This document shows, piece after piece, positions 18,044-26,156 of a DNA stretch of 32,000 bases. Each line of letters opens with the position of its first letter. Positions within the stretch are counted from its first letter, which is position 1. The notes beneath the pieces are model-generated. The model was not told where the DNA came from. It saw only the letters and a program-made list of their open reading frames with translations, and made no database searches. Source of the stretch: Staphylothermus hellenicus DSM 12710 (GTDB lineage Archaea > Thermoproteota > Thermoprotei_A > Sulfolobales > Desulfurococcaceae). A program made the position numbers and the translations under genes. The stretch covers positions 1,200,001 through 1,232,000 of the forward strand of contig NC_014205.1 of assembly GCF_000092465.1 (NCBI RefSeq). The letters run 5' to 3'.

Positions 18044-18540
18044 GTCCCCGGCCCTCATAGCCTGGATCTCATACTGCCGTATATATTGTAGCGCCCATTC
18101 TCAACAATGAAGAACGAGGAAATACTAGACCCATGTATCCATTAGGTATCTCCACGTATTCATTGTATCGAACAATATATGCCCCGCTGCTAAGCCTACA
18201 TATAGGATCGCATTTTATCTCTTCATACCTAGGCAGAACCTTATCATTCATCCTAAGCTCTCCAATAGTCTTAGGAACATATATAGTCTTCAATGTAAGT
18301 CTTATACCAGCACAATCCAGCATATTATCGGATAAACCCAGCAATAACTTAATATCCTCAGGCCTTAACACGGTCAAACCATAAACCCCCTTCATAACAA
18401 TAACATTCCCTAATATATACTATAAATGGCTCAAGAATATTTACAATGCAATAATATTAATCATTTAAGTTAAAGATTTTCTTAATCCAAGAAAATTATT
18501 GCTAACGATTTTTAATGTCCATTATGGTATATAATTATAG

Positions 18541-19830
18541 GTGTCTAGGTTGAATAAATCAGCCCCACTCCTTATTCTATTAGTATTTTTAGCACTCCTA
18601 GTTAATTCATTTGTATTTGCCAACCCTATTCCTGCGCCTACGATTATTCTTGATCGAGAAGATATTACTTTTAACTTTACATATCTAGGTAATGGAGTTG
18701 TTAGTGTTAGTGTTTATGGAAAATATACTATGAGAAACGCGGGTTATGCAGTTATTACTATGTATTTTCCTGTTCCAAATGAGACTGATCGAGAAAGTGT
18801 TAGAGTATTGGTTAATGGTAAGGAAATGAGTTACGGTTTTACATGGGACATGATCATTTGGGGACATAAATACAGATATTACACTGTTAAGGGGCCTCTT
18901 CCACTTATTACATGGAGTGTTATGGGTGGTGAAGAAAAATATGTTGTGGAGGTATACTATAACTACAAGTTTAATATTAGAAACGGGTTTGGAGAAACAA
19001 TATATGCTCTCGGCACCGGTAAATACTATTATACTTATTCAAAGCAATGCATTGCAACAATTAATATCAACCTAAAAGGATTCAATAATACATTGCTCAA
19101 CATTATATTAGACGCTCCAAATCAGACAGAAACACTTGTTTATGCTAAGCTCATAAATAAGCCTATAAGAACAAGTATCGTTTTAGCCTCAAACAGGTTC
19201 TCAAGCTTTAAGAGAGACCTATGGTTTATGTTTAAGCAAATCAATCCAAACAATTATATGGAAGGATACGTGGGAAAAATACATTTAAGAATTGATCCAT
19301 TACTAGGGATGAAGTATTTGAAAATACATGGATCAGCCGCGTTTAATAGTGGCGGATACATGTTCTCAAGATTAGAACTCGTTACAAGCGAGAACGAAGT
19401 TGATTTAGTAATGAATATAATACAGATAAAGGGTCCAGCAGCAATGATCATTAAAGAAGTTGATTATGAACTATATGCACCATTGAATATAAGTGAAACA
19501 GGAAAATTAAACTTCAAACTTATAGTTAATGAAAGAATATTAGTGAACAAAACATTGAATTGTACTCGGCAGATGCAGCCACTAGTAGAAGAATCTATAG
19601 TACAAAAGCCAATAAACAACTCAACTATACCAATACAAAACCAAAACACTACTACGACAAATACACAGCATTCCAACAATAACCCTGATGAATCACCGTC
19701 TTCAACAACGCCTATGATAGAAGAAAAAACAACATATAAAAGAACAAAAACAATAAGTACATTAACATTGATTGTATCAGCAGTAATAGCGTTAATATTG
19801 TTTGCCCTATTAATATCTAAAAAGCGATAG
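18541..19830 (+). CDS. Secreted, C-terminally membrane-anchored surface glycoprotein (hypothetical)
   Basis: 429 aa starting at GTG. Signal peptide LLILLVFLALLVNSFVFA, T/N/P/S-rich stalk (NQNTTTTNTQHSNNNPDESPSSTTP), C-terminal TM plus KKR. Many N-x-S/T sequons. Confidence 0.7.
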   Translation: MSRLNKSAPLLILLVFLALLVNSFVFANPIPAPTIILDREDITFNFTYLGNGVVSVSVYGKYTMRNAGYAVITMYFPVPNETDRESVRVLVNGKEMSYGFTWDMIIWGHKYRYYTVKGPLPLITWSVMGGEEKYVVEVYYNYKFNIRNGFGETIYALGTGKYYYTYSKQCIATININLKGFNNTLLNIILDAPNQTETLVYAKLINKPIRTSIVLASNRFSSFKRDLWFMFKQINPNNYMEGYVGKIHLRIDPLLGMKYLKIHGSAAFNSGGYMFSRLELVTSENEVDLVMNIIQIKGPAAMIIKEVDYELYAPLNISETGKLNFKLIVNERILVNKTLNCTRQMQPLVEESIVQKPINNSTIPIQNQNTTTTNTQHSNNNPDESPSSTTPMIEEKTTYKRTKTISTLTLIVSAVIALILFALLISKKR

Positions 19831-19870
19831 ATATGAAATTTTTGCGAAAAATAAAGCAAGAGATATAGCC

Positions 19871-19896
19871 GGCTTCACAAGCCAGTTTTAATTTTA
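19871..19896 (+). terminator. Hairpin ggctt-cac-aagcc followed by a T-rich tract
   Basis: Read directly. Lies between the convergent genes 18541..19830(+) and 19940..21298(-) and is followed by agttttaattttagttt. Archaeal termination usually depends on oligo-T. Confidence 0.35.
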
Positions 19897-19939
19897 GTTT
19901 ATTGTCTTCGAAGAATAAATACTGATATAGTATTGATTA

Positions 19940-21298
19940 TTATCGGGTTTCCGTTAATATACCACTTTCTATACTGTATTCGTAACAACGGGGTTCAACG
20001 TTATGATACCTGAATTTTTTGAAACAGATGTACCTCATATATTCATTATTTATTTTTTCAAGCCTTAACTCAATTATGGCATCAACGATTGTGCTGAGCC
20101 ATGTATATGTTTTCTCGTCCTCATATCCGGTGAGAACTTTTGATAGGAATATTATTCCCCCAATACTTTTAACATAATATACTAGGTCACGTAGAAACCT
20201 ATGATATCTTTCTCCATACTCCTTCCATACTACGTGGAGACCGTCAAGCATTATAATATCATATTTTGTATTCATGTGCTTTGTAACTACGCTGAACAAT
20301 GAGTTCAGAGTTATTGTTCTAGGATTAATACCAACGATTTTCATATTATCCCTAATTTCTTCGTAACTATATCCAAGCGCCTTCATTGTAGCTATAAGTT
20401 GTCTGGGAGGCTCTTCGAAACTAATAAATAAGACTTTATTGTTACTTCTAGCTATTCCATACCCTAATCCTAATAATAGACATGTTTTACCGGCTCCCGA
20501 AGAACCTGTTATTAGTATTGATGTCCCCTTAACTATTCCGTTTGTATGCTTATCGAACCATTCAATAGAAGTTTTTACTCTGTTAGATAAATTGATTTTA
20601 GCATCGTATTGTCTCAATATACCATAGCTTATTATCTCCATACCCTTCCCGGGGACTACTTCGATTTCTGCAGTTCTAGAAACCCCTAATAATTCTCTGA
20701 GCGGCTTAACAATGGTAATGTATCTTCTCGGTTTCCCAGCACCAGGTATTTCAATAGATAGCGAAAACACATAATCAGCTACCGCCTCAAATATTTCTCT
20801 AATACCCTTGCTAATTTCCTCATTAAAAGATAAAACTATTTTAACTCCATATTTTTTCTTACACTCATTAATTGCCCCAACTAAGCCGGCAAGCTTGCTT
20901 TTTGAGAGCCCCATCAATGCTATTCCAGCAGGATATATTATCACTAATCCATTCCTACTTTGTATGCATGCTTCACTAATTATTTCCATGATACTATCAA
21001 TTCTACGTTCCTCCTTCATAGGCAAAGAGGTGATCTCATTGACTCTGAGAGCGCCATTTTCCAAATGTTTCCTAATAGGAATTCCGTAGAACTCAGCTGT
21101 TCTGAAAAATGACATAGTATCAACCATGAATAGTAAAATAGAGGCTTTACCCATTCCTCTCCCGATGTATTCATTGATCAAAGTTGAAATGAACAAACCT
21201 TTGCCTGAACCTATTGGGCCTCTTAACACAATTACACTTGGCTTAATCATTCCTTCTAAAAGATCACTAGTAATACTTAGTTTCACATGAGAACACAT
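19940..21298 (-). CDS. KaiC-like / RecA-superfamily ATPase, two tandem domains
   Basis: 452 aa. Domain 1 P-loop LRGPIGSGKGLF (GKG rather than GK[ST]). Domain 2 canonical ILITGSSGAGKTCLLLGL, Walker B-like DIIMLDGL, and FISFEE blocks typical of the COG0467 KaiC/RadA-like family. Confidence 0.8.
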   Translation of the reverse strand: MCSHVKLSITSDLLEGMIKPSVIVLRGPIGSGKGLFISTLINEYIGRGMGKASILLFMVDTMSFFRTAEFYGIPIRKHLENGALRVNEITSLPMKEERRIDSIMEIISEACIQSRNGLVIIYPAGIALMGLSKSKLAGLVGAINECKKKYGVKIVLSFNEEISKGIREIFEAVADYVFSLSIEIPGAGKPRRYITIVKPLRELLGVSRTAEIEVVPGKGMEIISYGILRQYDAKINLSNRVKTSIEWFDKHTNGIVKGTSILITGSSGAGKTCLLLGLGYGIARSNNKVLFISFEEPPRQLIATMKALGYSYEEIRDNMKIVGINPRTITLNSLFSVVTKHMNTKYDIIMLDGLHVVWKEYGERYHRFLRDLVYYVKSIGGIIFLSKVLTGYEDEKTYTWLSTIVDAIIELRLEKINNEYMRYICFKKFRYHNVEPRCYEYSIESGILTETR

Positions 21299-21442
21299 AT
21301 TTTCTACCCGTCTATTCTAAACTAATTATTTTGTATAAATATGTTTTACAGCTATATTATTCCTTTCTATTTCTAATATGTTATGAAAATTAAGAATTTA
21401 TCCTGATCCCCAGATGTTTAAACAAATCTATGAGGTTAAATC

Positions 21443-21835
21443 TTATATAGGAGGATCATCTTTCTCATTATAAATAATTATTTCAACGATATCATTATCT
21501 TTTAGATTAAGTGTTTTCCGTAGGTTTTTCTCCGAAATTATTTCTAAAATGTTCCATCCATGCTTCGTTATACAAGGCTTTATAACATAGATCTTTATTC
21601 CCATAAGTATGCCTGGATATGCTAGTACGCATCCCAGCCCTTTTCTGGGAGGAGGGATTATTTTTGCTTTTAGTTTTTTAGTGTAGGTAAAAAAGTCTTG
21701 ACCTATGTCAATGTTTAGAGTTCCAGGGTATGGGTCTATTCCCAGGTATTTATTGAAGACTTCACGGTATAGTTTAACATATTTTGCTCCAACACCTAAT
21801 CCCTTCACTATTTTCCCTTTGATCTTAATCGGCAT
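21443..21835 (-). CDS. ribK: CTP-dependent riboflavin kinase (archaeal RibK, DUF120 family)
   Basis: 130 aa. GKIVKGLGVGAKYVKLYREVFNKYLGIDPYPGTLNIDI and the C-terminal LNLKDNDIVEIIIY match my recollection of the M. jannaschii MJ0056-type enzyme pattern (G.V.SGLGEG...PY.GTLN). Confidence 0.8.
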   Translation of the reverse strand: MPIKIKGKIVKGLGVGAKYVKLYREVFNKYLGIDPYPGTLNIDIGQDFFTYTKKLKAKIIPPPRKGLGCVLAYPGILMGIKIYVIKPCITKHGWNILEIISEKNLRKTLNLKDNDIVEIIIYNEKDDPPI

Positions 21836-21850
21836 TTCAGCATAACCACT

Positions 21851-23683
21851 TCACTTTAGCCCGACTATGCTGTCTAATACTGGAATGGCTTCTTTTAAGC
21901 CTAGCTTCTCCAAAGTTTCTTTCTTAGGAACCCCTCTCTCATCCCACCCACGCATCTCGTAGTAAATACTTAACATTTTATCATATTTGTTAATATCTAG
22001 TTTTACGCCTGCAAACGGGCCTTTGGTTAATGGGTGTTTAAACCATCTCATCGGTGGATAATCCATTGTACGGCTCCATCTATTATATTCTCTTATCCAG
22101 AATGCTCTGATCAGTGTATATATTCTATCGGCGACTCTATAGATATCATCCATGCTCCACTCAATACCTGTTGCAGCAGATAACATTTTAGGATAGTAAT
22201 CCAGGTTTAATCCTAGCTCAACCCATGGAAGCCTACAAGTTGTTAGTGATTCAAACATTCCTCCCCTAACTCTTTGTAGGAATATTAGTTTCTCAACCTT
22301 CTCCCTATTATATGCGAACCTATCCATTTTAACCTCTAAACCAATAAGCCATGCATCTTTATGATGTGCTCCTATAGGTGATGTGGCAAAAGCTAATGCC
22401 ATTCCGGGGGCAGCGTGGCAATTATAAGCTGATACTTCTAATCCTTTTGCATGCATTGCAAAATCTTGCGCTTCTCTACCAAGTGATAAAGACATTCTCC
22501 ATACTCCCTCTGCTAGAAAAGCTCCTAGTCCCCGCCTATAAGCTATGTCCTTAACTAGTTCTTTGACTTCCCCATAGTCTCCCCATTCAATTTTCTCTCT
22601 GATCAATCTTTTCTCAGAAGCTTCCATAGTGAAGCCTAAACTATTTCCTAGAGAAATAGTGTCCAATCCATACATATCCGCCAGCTTGTTGAGCTCAGCG
22701 ACTTTTCTCAGATCAGGTAATAAAATGTTGCTTCCAAGCATTGCAACGTTTTCATAGTCTAGCTCGCTTTTCTCACCTGTTTCATCTATTATAACGTTTC
22801 CACACTGCATGTTACAGTATGGGCATCCTCTTCTCTCAATTTTTAGTTTCTCCATGAGATCACCGCTGATTGTATCATAGTATTCCCAAACACCTTCTCT
22901 GAAATTCATGGTTGGTAATACACTGTTTTCATTGCTCCAAACAATTGTAGCCATTGTGCCCTGCCTAATCCAGAAATCATAGTTTTCCTTAGATAGTACT
23001 TCCTTATATGAGGCTTCGCTGAGCTCTCTAAGTTTTTTCTCATCAGCGATCGGGGGGTTCCTTGTACCTTTAATCACTATTGCTTTAACCTTCTTAAAAC
23101 CCATAACTGCACCCATACCTGGTCTTCCACCGCTTCTACCCTTCATGGAAACGATTGTAGCGTATCTTACAAGATTCTCGCCTGCGGGACCTATTAGGAG
23201 AACACCAATGTTCCTACCATGTTCTCTAACAAGTTTATCCTCCGCATCAAACGCATCCCTACCCCATAAATCATCTGCATCCATGAACTCGACCTTGTCG
23301 TTCTCAATATATAAGTAGATAGGCTTATCCGAAGCACCCTCTAATACTATCGCGTCATAACCAGCTTTTCTAAGATGAACACTAGCCATAGTACCTATGT
23401 TTCCATCACCATAACCATTAGTTAATGGACTCTTAGAAGCAACAACTAGTTTACCACTGCTAGGTAGAGGCAAACCCGATAATGGCCCTGATGCAATCAC
23501 TAATTTATTATGTGGAGATAAAGGATCTACTCCGGGAACAAGCTCGTCCCATAGAATCTTTGCTGCAAGACCCCTACCACCTATATAGTTACTATAAATA
23601 CTGGGATCAAGTTCTTGGACAACATATTTCCTCTTAGACACATCTATTCTAAGAATTCTACCCCACCAACCATACATACACAA
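21851..23683 (-). CDS. aor: Tungsten-containing aldehyde:ferredoxin oxidoreductase family protein
   Basis: 610 aa. N-terminus (MC)MYGWWGRILRIDVSKRKY, GGRGLAAKILWDE and the Cys cluster CPYCNMQC are characteristic of the AOR family. The likely true start is the second ATG at 23677. Confidence 0.9.
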   Translation of the reverse strand: MCMYGWWGRILRIDVSKRKYVVQELDPSIYSNYIGGRGLAAKILWDELVPGVDPLSPHNKLVIASGPLSGLPLPSSGKLVVASKSPLTNGYGDGNIGTMASVHLRKAGYDAIVLEGASDKPIYLYIENDKVEFMDADDLWGRDAFDAEDKLVREHGRNIGVLLIGPAGENLVRYATIVSMKGRSGGRPGMGAVMGFKKVKAIVIKGTRNPPIADEKKLRELSEASYKEVLSKENYDFWIRQGTMATIVWSNENSVLPTMNFREGVWEYYDTISGDLMEKLKIERRGCPYCNMQCGNVIIDETGEKSELDYENVAMLGSNILLPDLRKVAELNKLADMYGLDTISLGNSLGFTMEASEKRLIREKIEWGDYGEVKELVKDIAYRRGLGAFLAEGVWRMSLSLGREAQDFAMHAKGLEVSAYNCHAAPGMALAFATSPIGAHHKDAWLIGLEVKMDRFAYNREKVEKLIFLQRVRGGMFESLTTCRLPWVELGLNLDYYPKMLSAATGIEWSMDDIYRVADRIYTLIRAFWIREYNRWSRTMDYPPMRWFKHPLTKGPFAGVKLDINKYDKMLSIYYEMRGWDERGVPKKETLEKLGLKEAIPVLDSIVGLK

Positions 23684-23776
23684 GCACCCTCATCTACCAA
23701 CTTATACGTAGAAGATTCTCCAGCAAATAATTATTATTGCGTAGCCCATATTAAAATGGTTATAGATGATGACTAC

Positions 23777-24015
23777 TCCGTTTGTCCCTACCGCATCATT
23801 CTATATGCTTATATACTTAATTGTGTCTGCGGTAGGGACTTCCACCTCTCCCACAACCCTAAAAGAGGGTTGTGGTGTCATGGGTGGCTGTCGAGGCCAA
23901 CGGCACAGGCCTCCCATCTACGGTGAAGCCCCCGTGGGTCTCGGAGCATAGCTCCCATCAACCCATAGGGATACAAACCAATACAAAAAACATAACCTGA
24001 AATATTTTAAACTTT
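23777..24015 (-). ncRNA. Unclassified GC-rich structured RNA-like element, copy B (upstream of aor)
   Basis: Collinear with copy A. Core 23780-23978 (gtttgt/acaaac). Identical blocks include gctgtcgaggccaacggcacaggcctcccatctac and gggtctcggagcatagctcccatcaaccc. The first hairpin loop is 18 nt longer. Helix changes are compensatory (ccacc/ggtgg; ccacaaccct/agggttgtgg). Confidence 0.5.
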
Positions 24016-24017
24016 CT
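24003..24017 (-). promoter_or_regulatory. BRE/TATA-like box inside element copy B (minus sense: agaaag-tttaaaata)
   Basis: Same position and spacing as in copy A. The flanks beyond it are unrelated apart from about 9 nt (ctgcctcgg vs ctgtccccgg). Confidence 0.3.
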
Positions 24018-24145
24018 GCCTCGGACAGATGTTTAGATGAAGAAAATTCCTTTAACTGATAATTTCTGAGCAACTTGATAATCATCCTTAATACTATGAG
24101 TTATTCATACAAGTAATATGTAAGATATTATTTGAGGCTAGGGGT

Positions 24146-25021
24146 ATGGGTGGTATTCATACATTATTAAATAATGTGTATATTTTGAAGGAGAAGGGAA
24201 TTGATAGGGGATTTATTTATTTCGATAACGATAAAATTATTGATACGGGTAAAGAAGCTGATCCTATATATGAGTTGTCAGAACTAGTAATAGATTATGA
24301 ATACAAAGCTTTAGCTATACATGGATACTCAGTGCTCACAAGTTTATCAGAGTATCCGTACCGTGGATTAGGGGTTAAGGCTGACTTATCAATATTTACT
24401 AGAGATGAACTCAAGAAAATAATTAATGCTGCACTATATGAGCTTATAATGAATGGAGTTACTTTTCCACTAATATATGACGAATATATTGATTTGGTCA
24501 TAAAAATTCTTAAAGAACATAATTTAAAAGCAGGAATAATTGCTGAGGAGGGAACTGTTCCAGAATATACTGGTTTATACTATATTCACATTCGAGGAGA
24601 TAATCTATATTATAATGATGAAAAACTAGGTTCTATTAAAGATGCTATTTGTAGCCCGGAGAAAATAAATAGTAATTGTTTATTCCTAGATCTCCGCAAC
24701 TACTATACATATAATTTATCATATATAATGAATATTTTGGTTAAATCATTAAAGAACATGTTTTCTGCATTAGAAATTTTCGCGAAGCCCTATAAGTTAA
24801 TAAGAATTGATAAAGGCTATATTGATAAACAGGCAAAACCAGACATAGTCATATATGATCTCCGCGAACCCTACCTAGTAGCTCCAAGAAACCATGTACT
24901 GTTATCTGTACTCAGAGGATATGTTCCCAGCCAAGTTTTCATCAATGGAGACACATTCTTTGATCATGGAGAATCCCTCGTATTAGGAAAGACTCGTATA
25001 GATTTCATTCTTGAAAAGTGA
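24146..25021 (+). CDS. Amidohydrolase-fold-like protein lacking the HxH metal motif (hypothetical)
   Basis: 291 aa. The N-terminus NVYILKEKGIDRGFIYFDNDKIIDTGKE and the C-terminus KPDIVIYDL...VFINGDTFFDHGE resemble the composite beta-sandwich of amidohydrolases. Where HxH is expected I see only ALAIHGYSV. Confidence 0.55.
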   Translation: MGGIHTLLNNVYILKEKGIDRGFIYFDNDKIIDTGKEADPIYELSELVIDYEYKALAIHGYSVLTSLSEYPYRGLGVKADLSIFTRDELKKIINAALYELIMNGVTFPLIYDEYIDLVIKILKEHNLKAGIIAEEGTVPEYTGLYYIHIRGDNLYYNDEKLGSIKDAICSPEKINSNCLFLDLRNYYTYNLSYIMNILVKSLKNMFSALEIFAKPYKLIRIDKGYIDKQAKPDIVIYDLREPYLVAPRNHVLLSVLRGYVPSQVFINGDTFFDHGESLVLGKTRIDFILEK

Positions 25022-25027
25022 TCTTTA

Positions 25028-25915
25028 ATGAATACAAAAATTATTCTTAAAATGATCCATTACATGTTGAAACATAGAATGAAGCCCTTCCTCAACTATT
25101 CGTCAAACAATGATATATGGAGACACTATAAAAACCTAGTAACTCTTATAGTAAACATGAACAAGTTATCAATGCATAAATTCGCTCTTTTATCAAACAA
25201 GTATATCTACTCGACACGTGAAGGCAGAAAATTTTACGATTTAAGAAAAGCTGAGTATCTCGATATAAACTATTCTCTAATAAAAGCGTTAAGAGACGAA
25301 ATAAACTTGCTAAGAATACATGGCGCTGAAAGCTTGTTTTCAAGAATACTATACTTAGCTGCCAGTGTTAATCGTTTAGATACTACTAGAGAATCAGTTA
25401 TTAAACATGTAAGGAAATTAGGCGATATACTAACGATTCCAGTACCGCCACAAGCTGATTCTGCACGTGTATTGGATCATGTAAGCTCCTCGAGTAGAGT
25501 AGGTTTTATAGTTGGTTCAATATATACGTGGTGGATTCTCAAAAATATTATTGATTTACTACTAGATAGAGATGTTCTTATAGAAATTATTTTATTTAAA
25601 GATAAATATGAGGACTATGTATCAAGAGATGATGTTAAGAGGCTGCATATCAGGGAACTCAGCATAGATATTCTCTACATAGATCCTGTAAAAATTGATC
25701 TAGAAAAGATGAGTAGAAAATACGATATCATACTAAACACTAATTATTTAGTTACAATTTATGTGATAGAATCATTAATACTTAATAAAAAATCACTGGA
25801 TAAAAGCAGAGTAAACATCATAAACATTTTTAACCCCATAAATACACCTCTCGAAGAAGTATTTGGATTATCACCCATTATTATTAGTTTGGACGAGCTT
25901 AGAAATAGAATCTGA
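25028..25915 (+). CDS. Hypothetical protein
   Basis: 295-aa ORF starting 6 nt after the previous stop. No motif I can assign confidently. Confidence 0.55.
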   Translation: MNTKIILKMIHYMLKHRMKPFLNYSSNNDIWRHYKNLVTLIVNMNKLSMHKFALLSNKYIYSTREGRKFYDLRKAEYLDINYSLIKALRDEINLLRIHGAESLFSRILYLAASVNRLDTTRESVIKHVRKLGDILTIPVPPQADSARVLDHVSSSSRVGFIVGSIYTWWILKNIIDLLLDRDVLIEIILFKDKYEDYVSRDDVKRLHIRELSIDILYIDPVKIDLEKMSRKYDIILNTNYLVTIYVIESLILNKKSLDKSRVNIINIFNPINTPLEEVFGLSPIIISLDELRNRI

Positions 25916-25916
25916 G

Positions 25917-25990
25917 TGGGCCCGGGGGGATTTGAACCCCCGACCTCCCGGTTATCAGCCGGGCGCTCCACCAGGCTGAGCTACGGGCCC
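25917..25990 (-). tRNA. tRNA-Ile (anticodon GAU)
   Basis: Minus sense: GGGCCCG-TA-GCTC-AGCCTGGTG-GAGC-G-CCCGG-CTGATAA-CCGGG-AGGTC-GGGGG-TTCAAAT-CCCCC-CGGGCCC-A, 74 nt. Clean cloverleaf, no encoded CCA. Confidence 0.9.
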
Positions 25991-26050
25991 TTATACTCTT
26001 ATTCAATACTTTTATTGAGTATTTTCTCGGATTATAAAGCTTTATGAAAA

Positions 26051-26123
26051 GGTGAGGCCCTCATAAACGTTGTTCTTCATGCAGTATTATCTGTTTATCC
26101 GCTGCTAATCATCGGGCCTCGCC
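26051..26123 (-). ncRNA. Candidate box C/D-type (kink-turn) sRNA with a 10-bp terminal stem
   Basis: Minus sense: GGCGAGGCCC-G-AUGAUUA-GCAGCGGAUAAA-CAGA-UAAUACUGC-AUGAAGA-ACAACGUUU-AUGA-GGGCCUCACC. C-like box AUGAUUA and D-like box AUGA abut the terminal stem as in a C/D kink-turn (GA/GA, U-U, U-A). A 12-nt spacer precedes a D'-like CAGA. The internal boxes are degenerate and the stem has an A-C mismatch on this strand (U-G on plus). Confidence 0.4.
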
Positions 26124-26156
26124 TCGGTGCTGATACTTATTTTTAAAGGAGGTTTT

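Larger units (their letters stand above)
17681..18395 (-). pseudogene. dut: dUTP diphosphatase (archaeal dUTPase/dCTP-deaminase family) disrupted by an in-frame TGA and a 223-bp insertion
   Basis: N-terminal ORF 18072-18395 ends ...LVFPRSSLLRMGATIYTAV. TGA lies at 18069-18071, then DPGYEGRGQ continues in frame (18042-18068) to TAA. A different frame at 17684-17818 reads GLLAVFNKHGIVLEKNAQIAQLVLFKMSGETMFSYKGSYLGEKED, with its stop at 17681-17683. Removing 17819-18041 joins GRGQ|GLLAVFN into a 163-codon ORF with the family motif order. Confidence 0.75.

Noticed and set aside
18069-18071. The in-frame TGA in dut, followed by a GC-rich structured element, as a selenocysteine (SECIS-like) recoding site
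   Set aside because: The homologous position is not Cys or Sec in the family as far as I recall. TGA is used as a normal stop nearby (rps25e ends in TGA at 4520-4522). A TAA follows 9 codons later. The frame changes across the insert. Sec decoding is not known in crenarchaeotes. A pseudogene is the simpler reading.
23615-23951. Track ORFs 23615..23926(+) and 23766..23951(+) across element copy B
   Set aside because: They are GC-rich-island artefacts. The corresponding frames in copy A are interrupted or not conserved as protein, and the differences between copies follow base-pairing rather than codon logic.
24016-24145. A possible 55-codon minus-strand ORF (MIIKLLRNYQLKEFSSSKHLSEAE...) running into element copy B, as a second gene disrupted by the element
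   Set aside because: It is short, has no recognisable family, and no matching downstream half could be joined in frame. It is most likely chance in AT-rich spacer.
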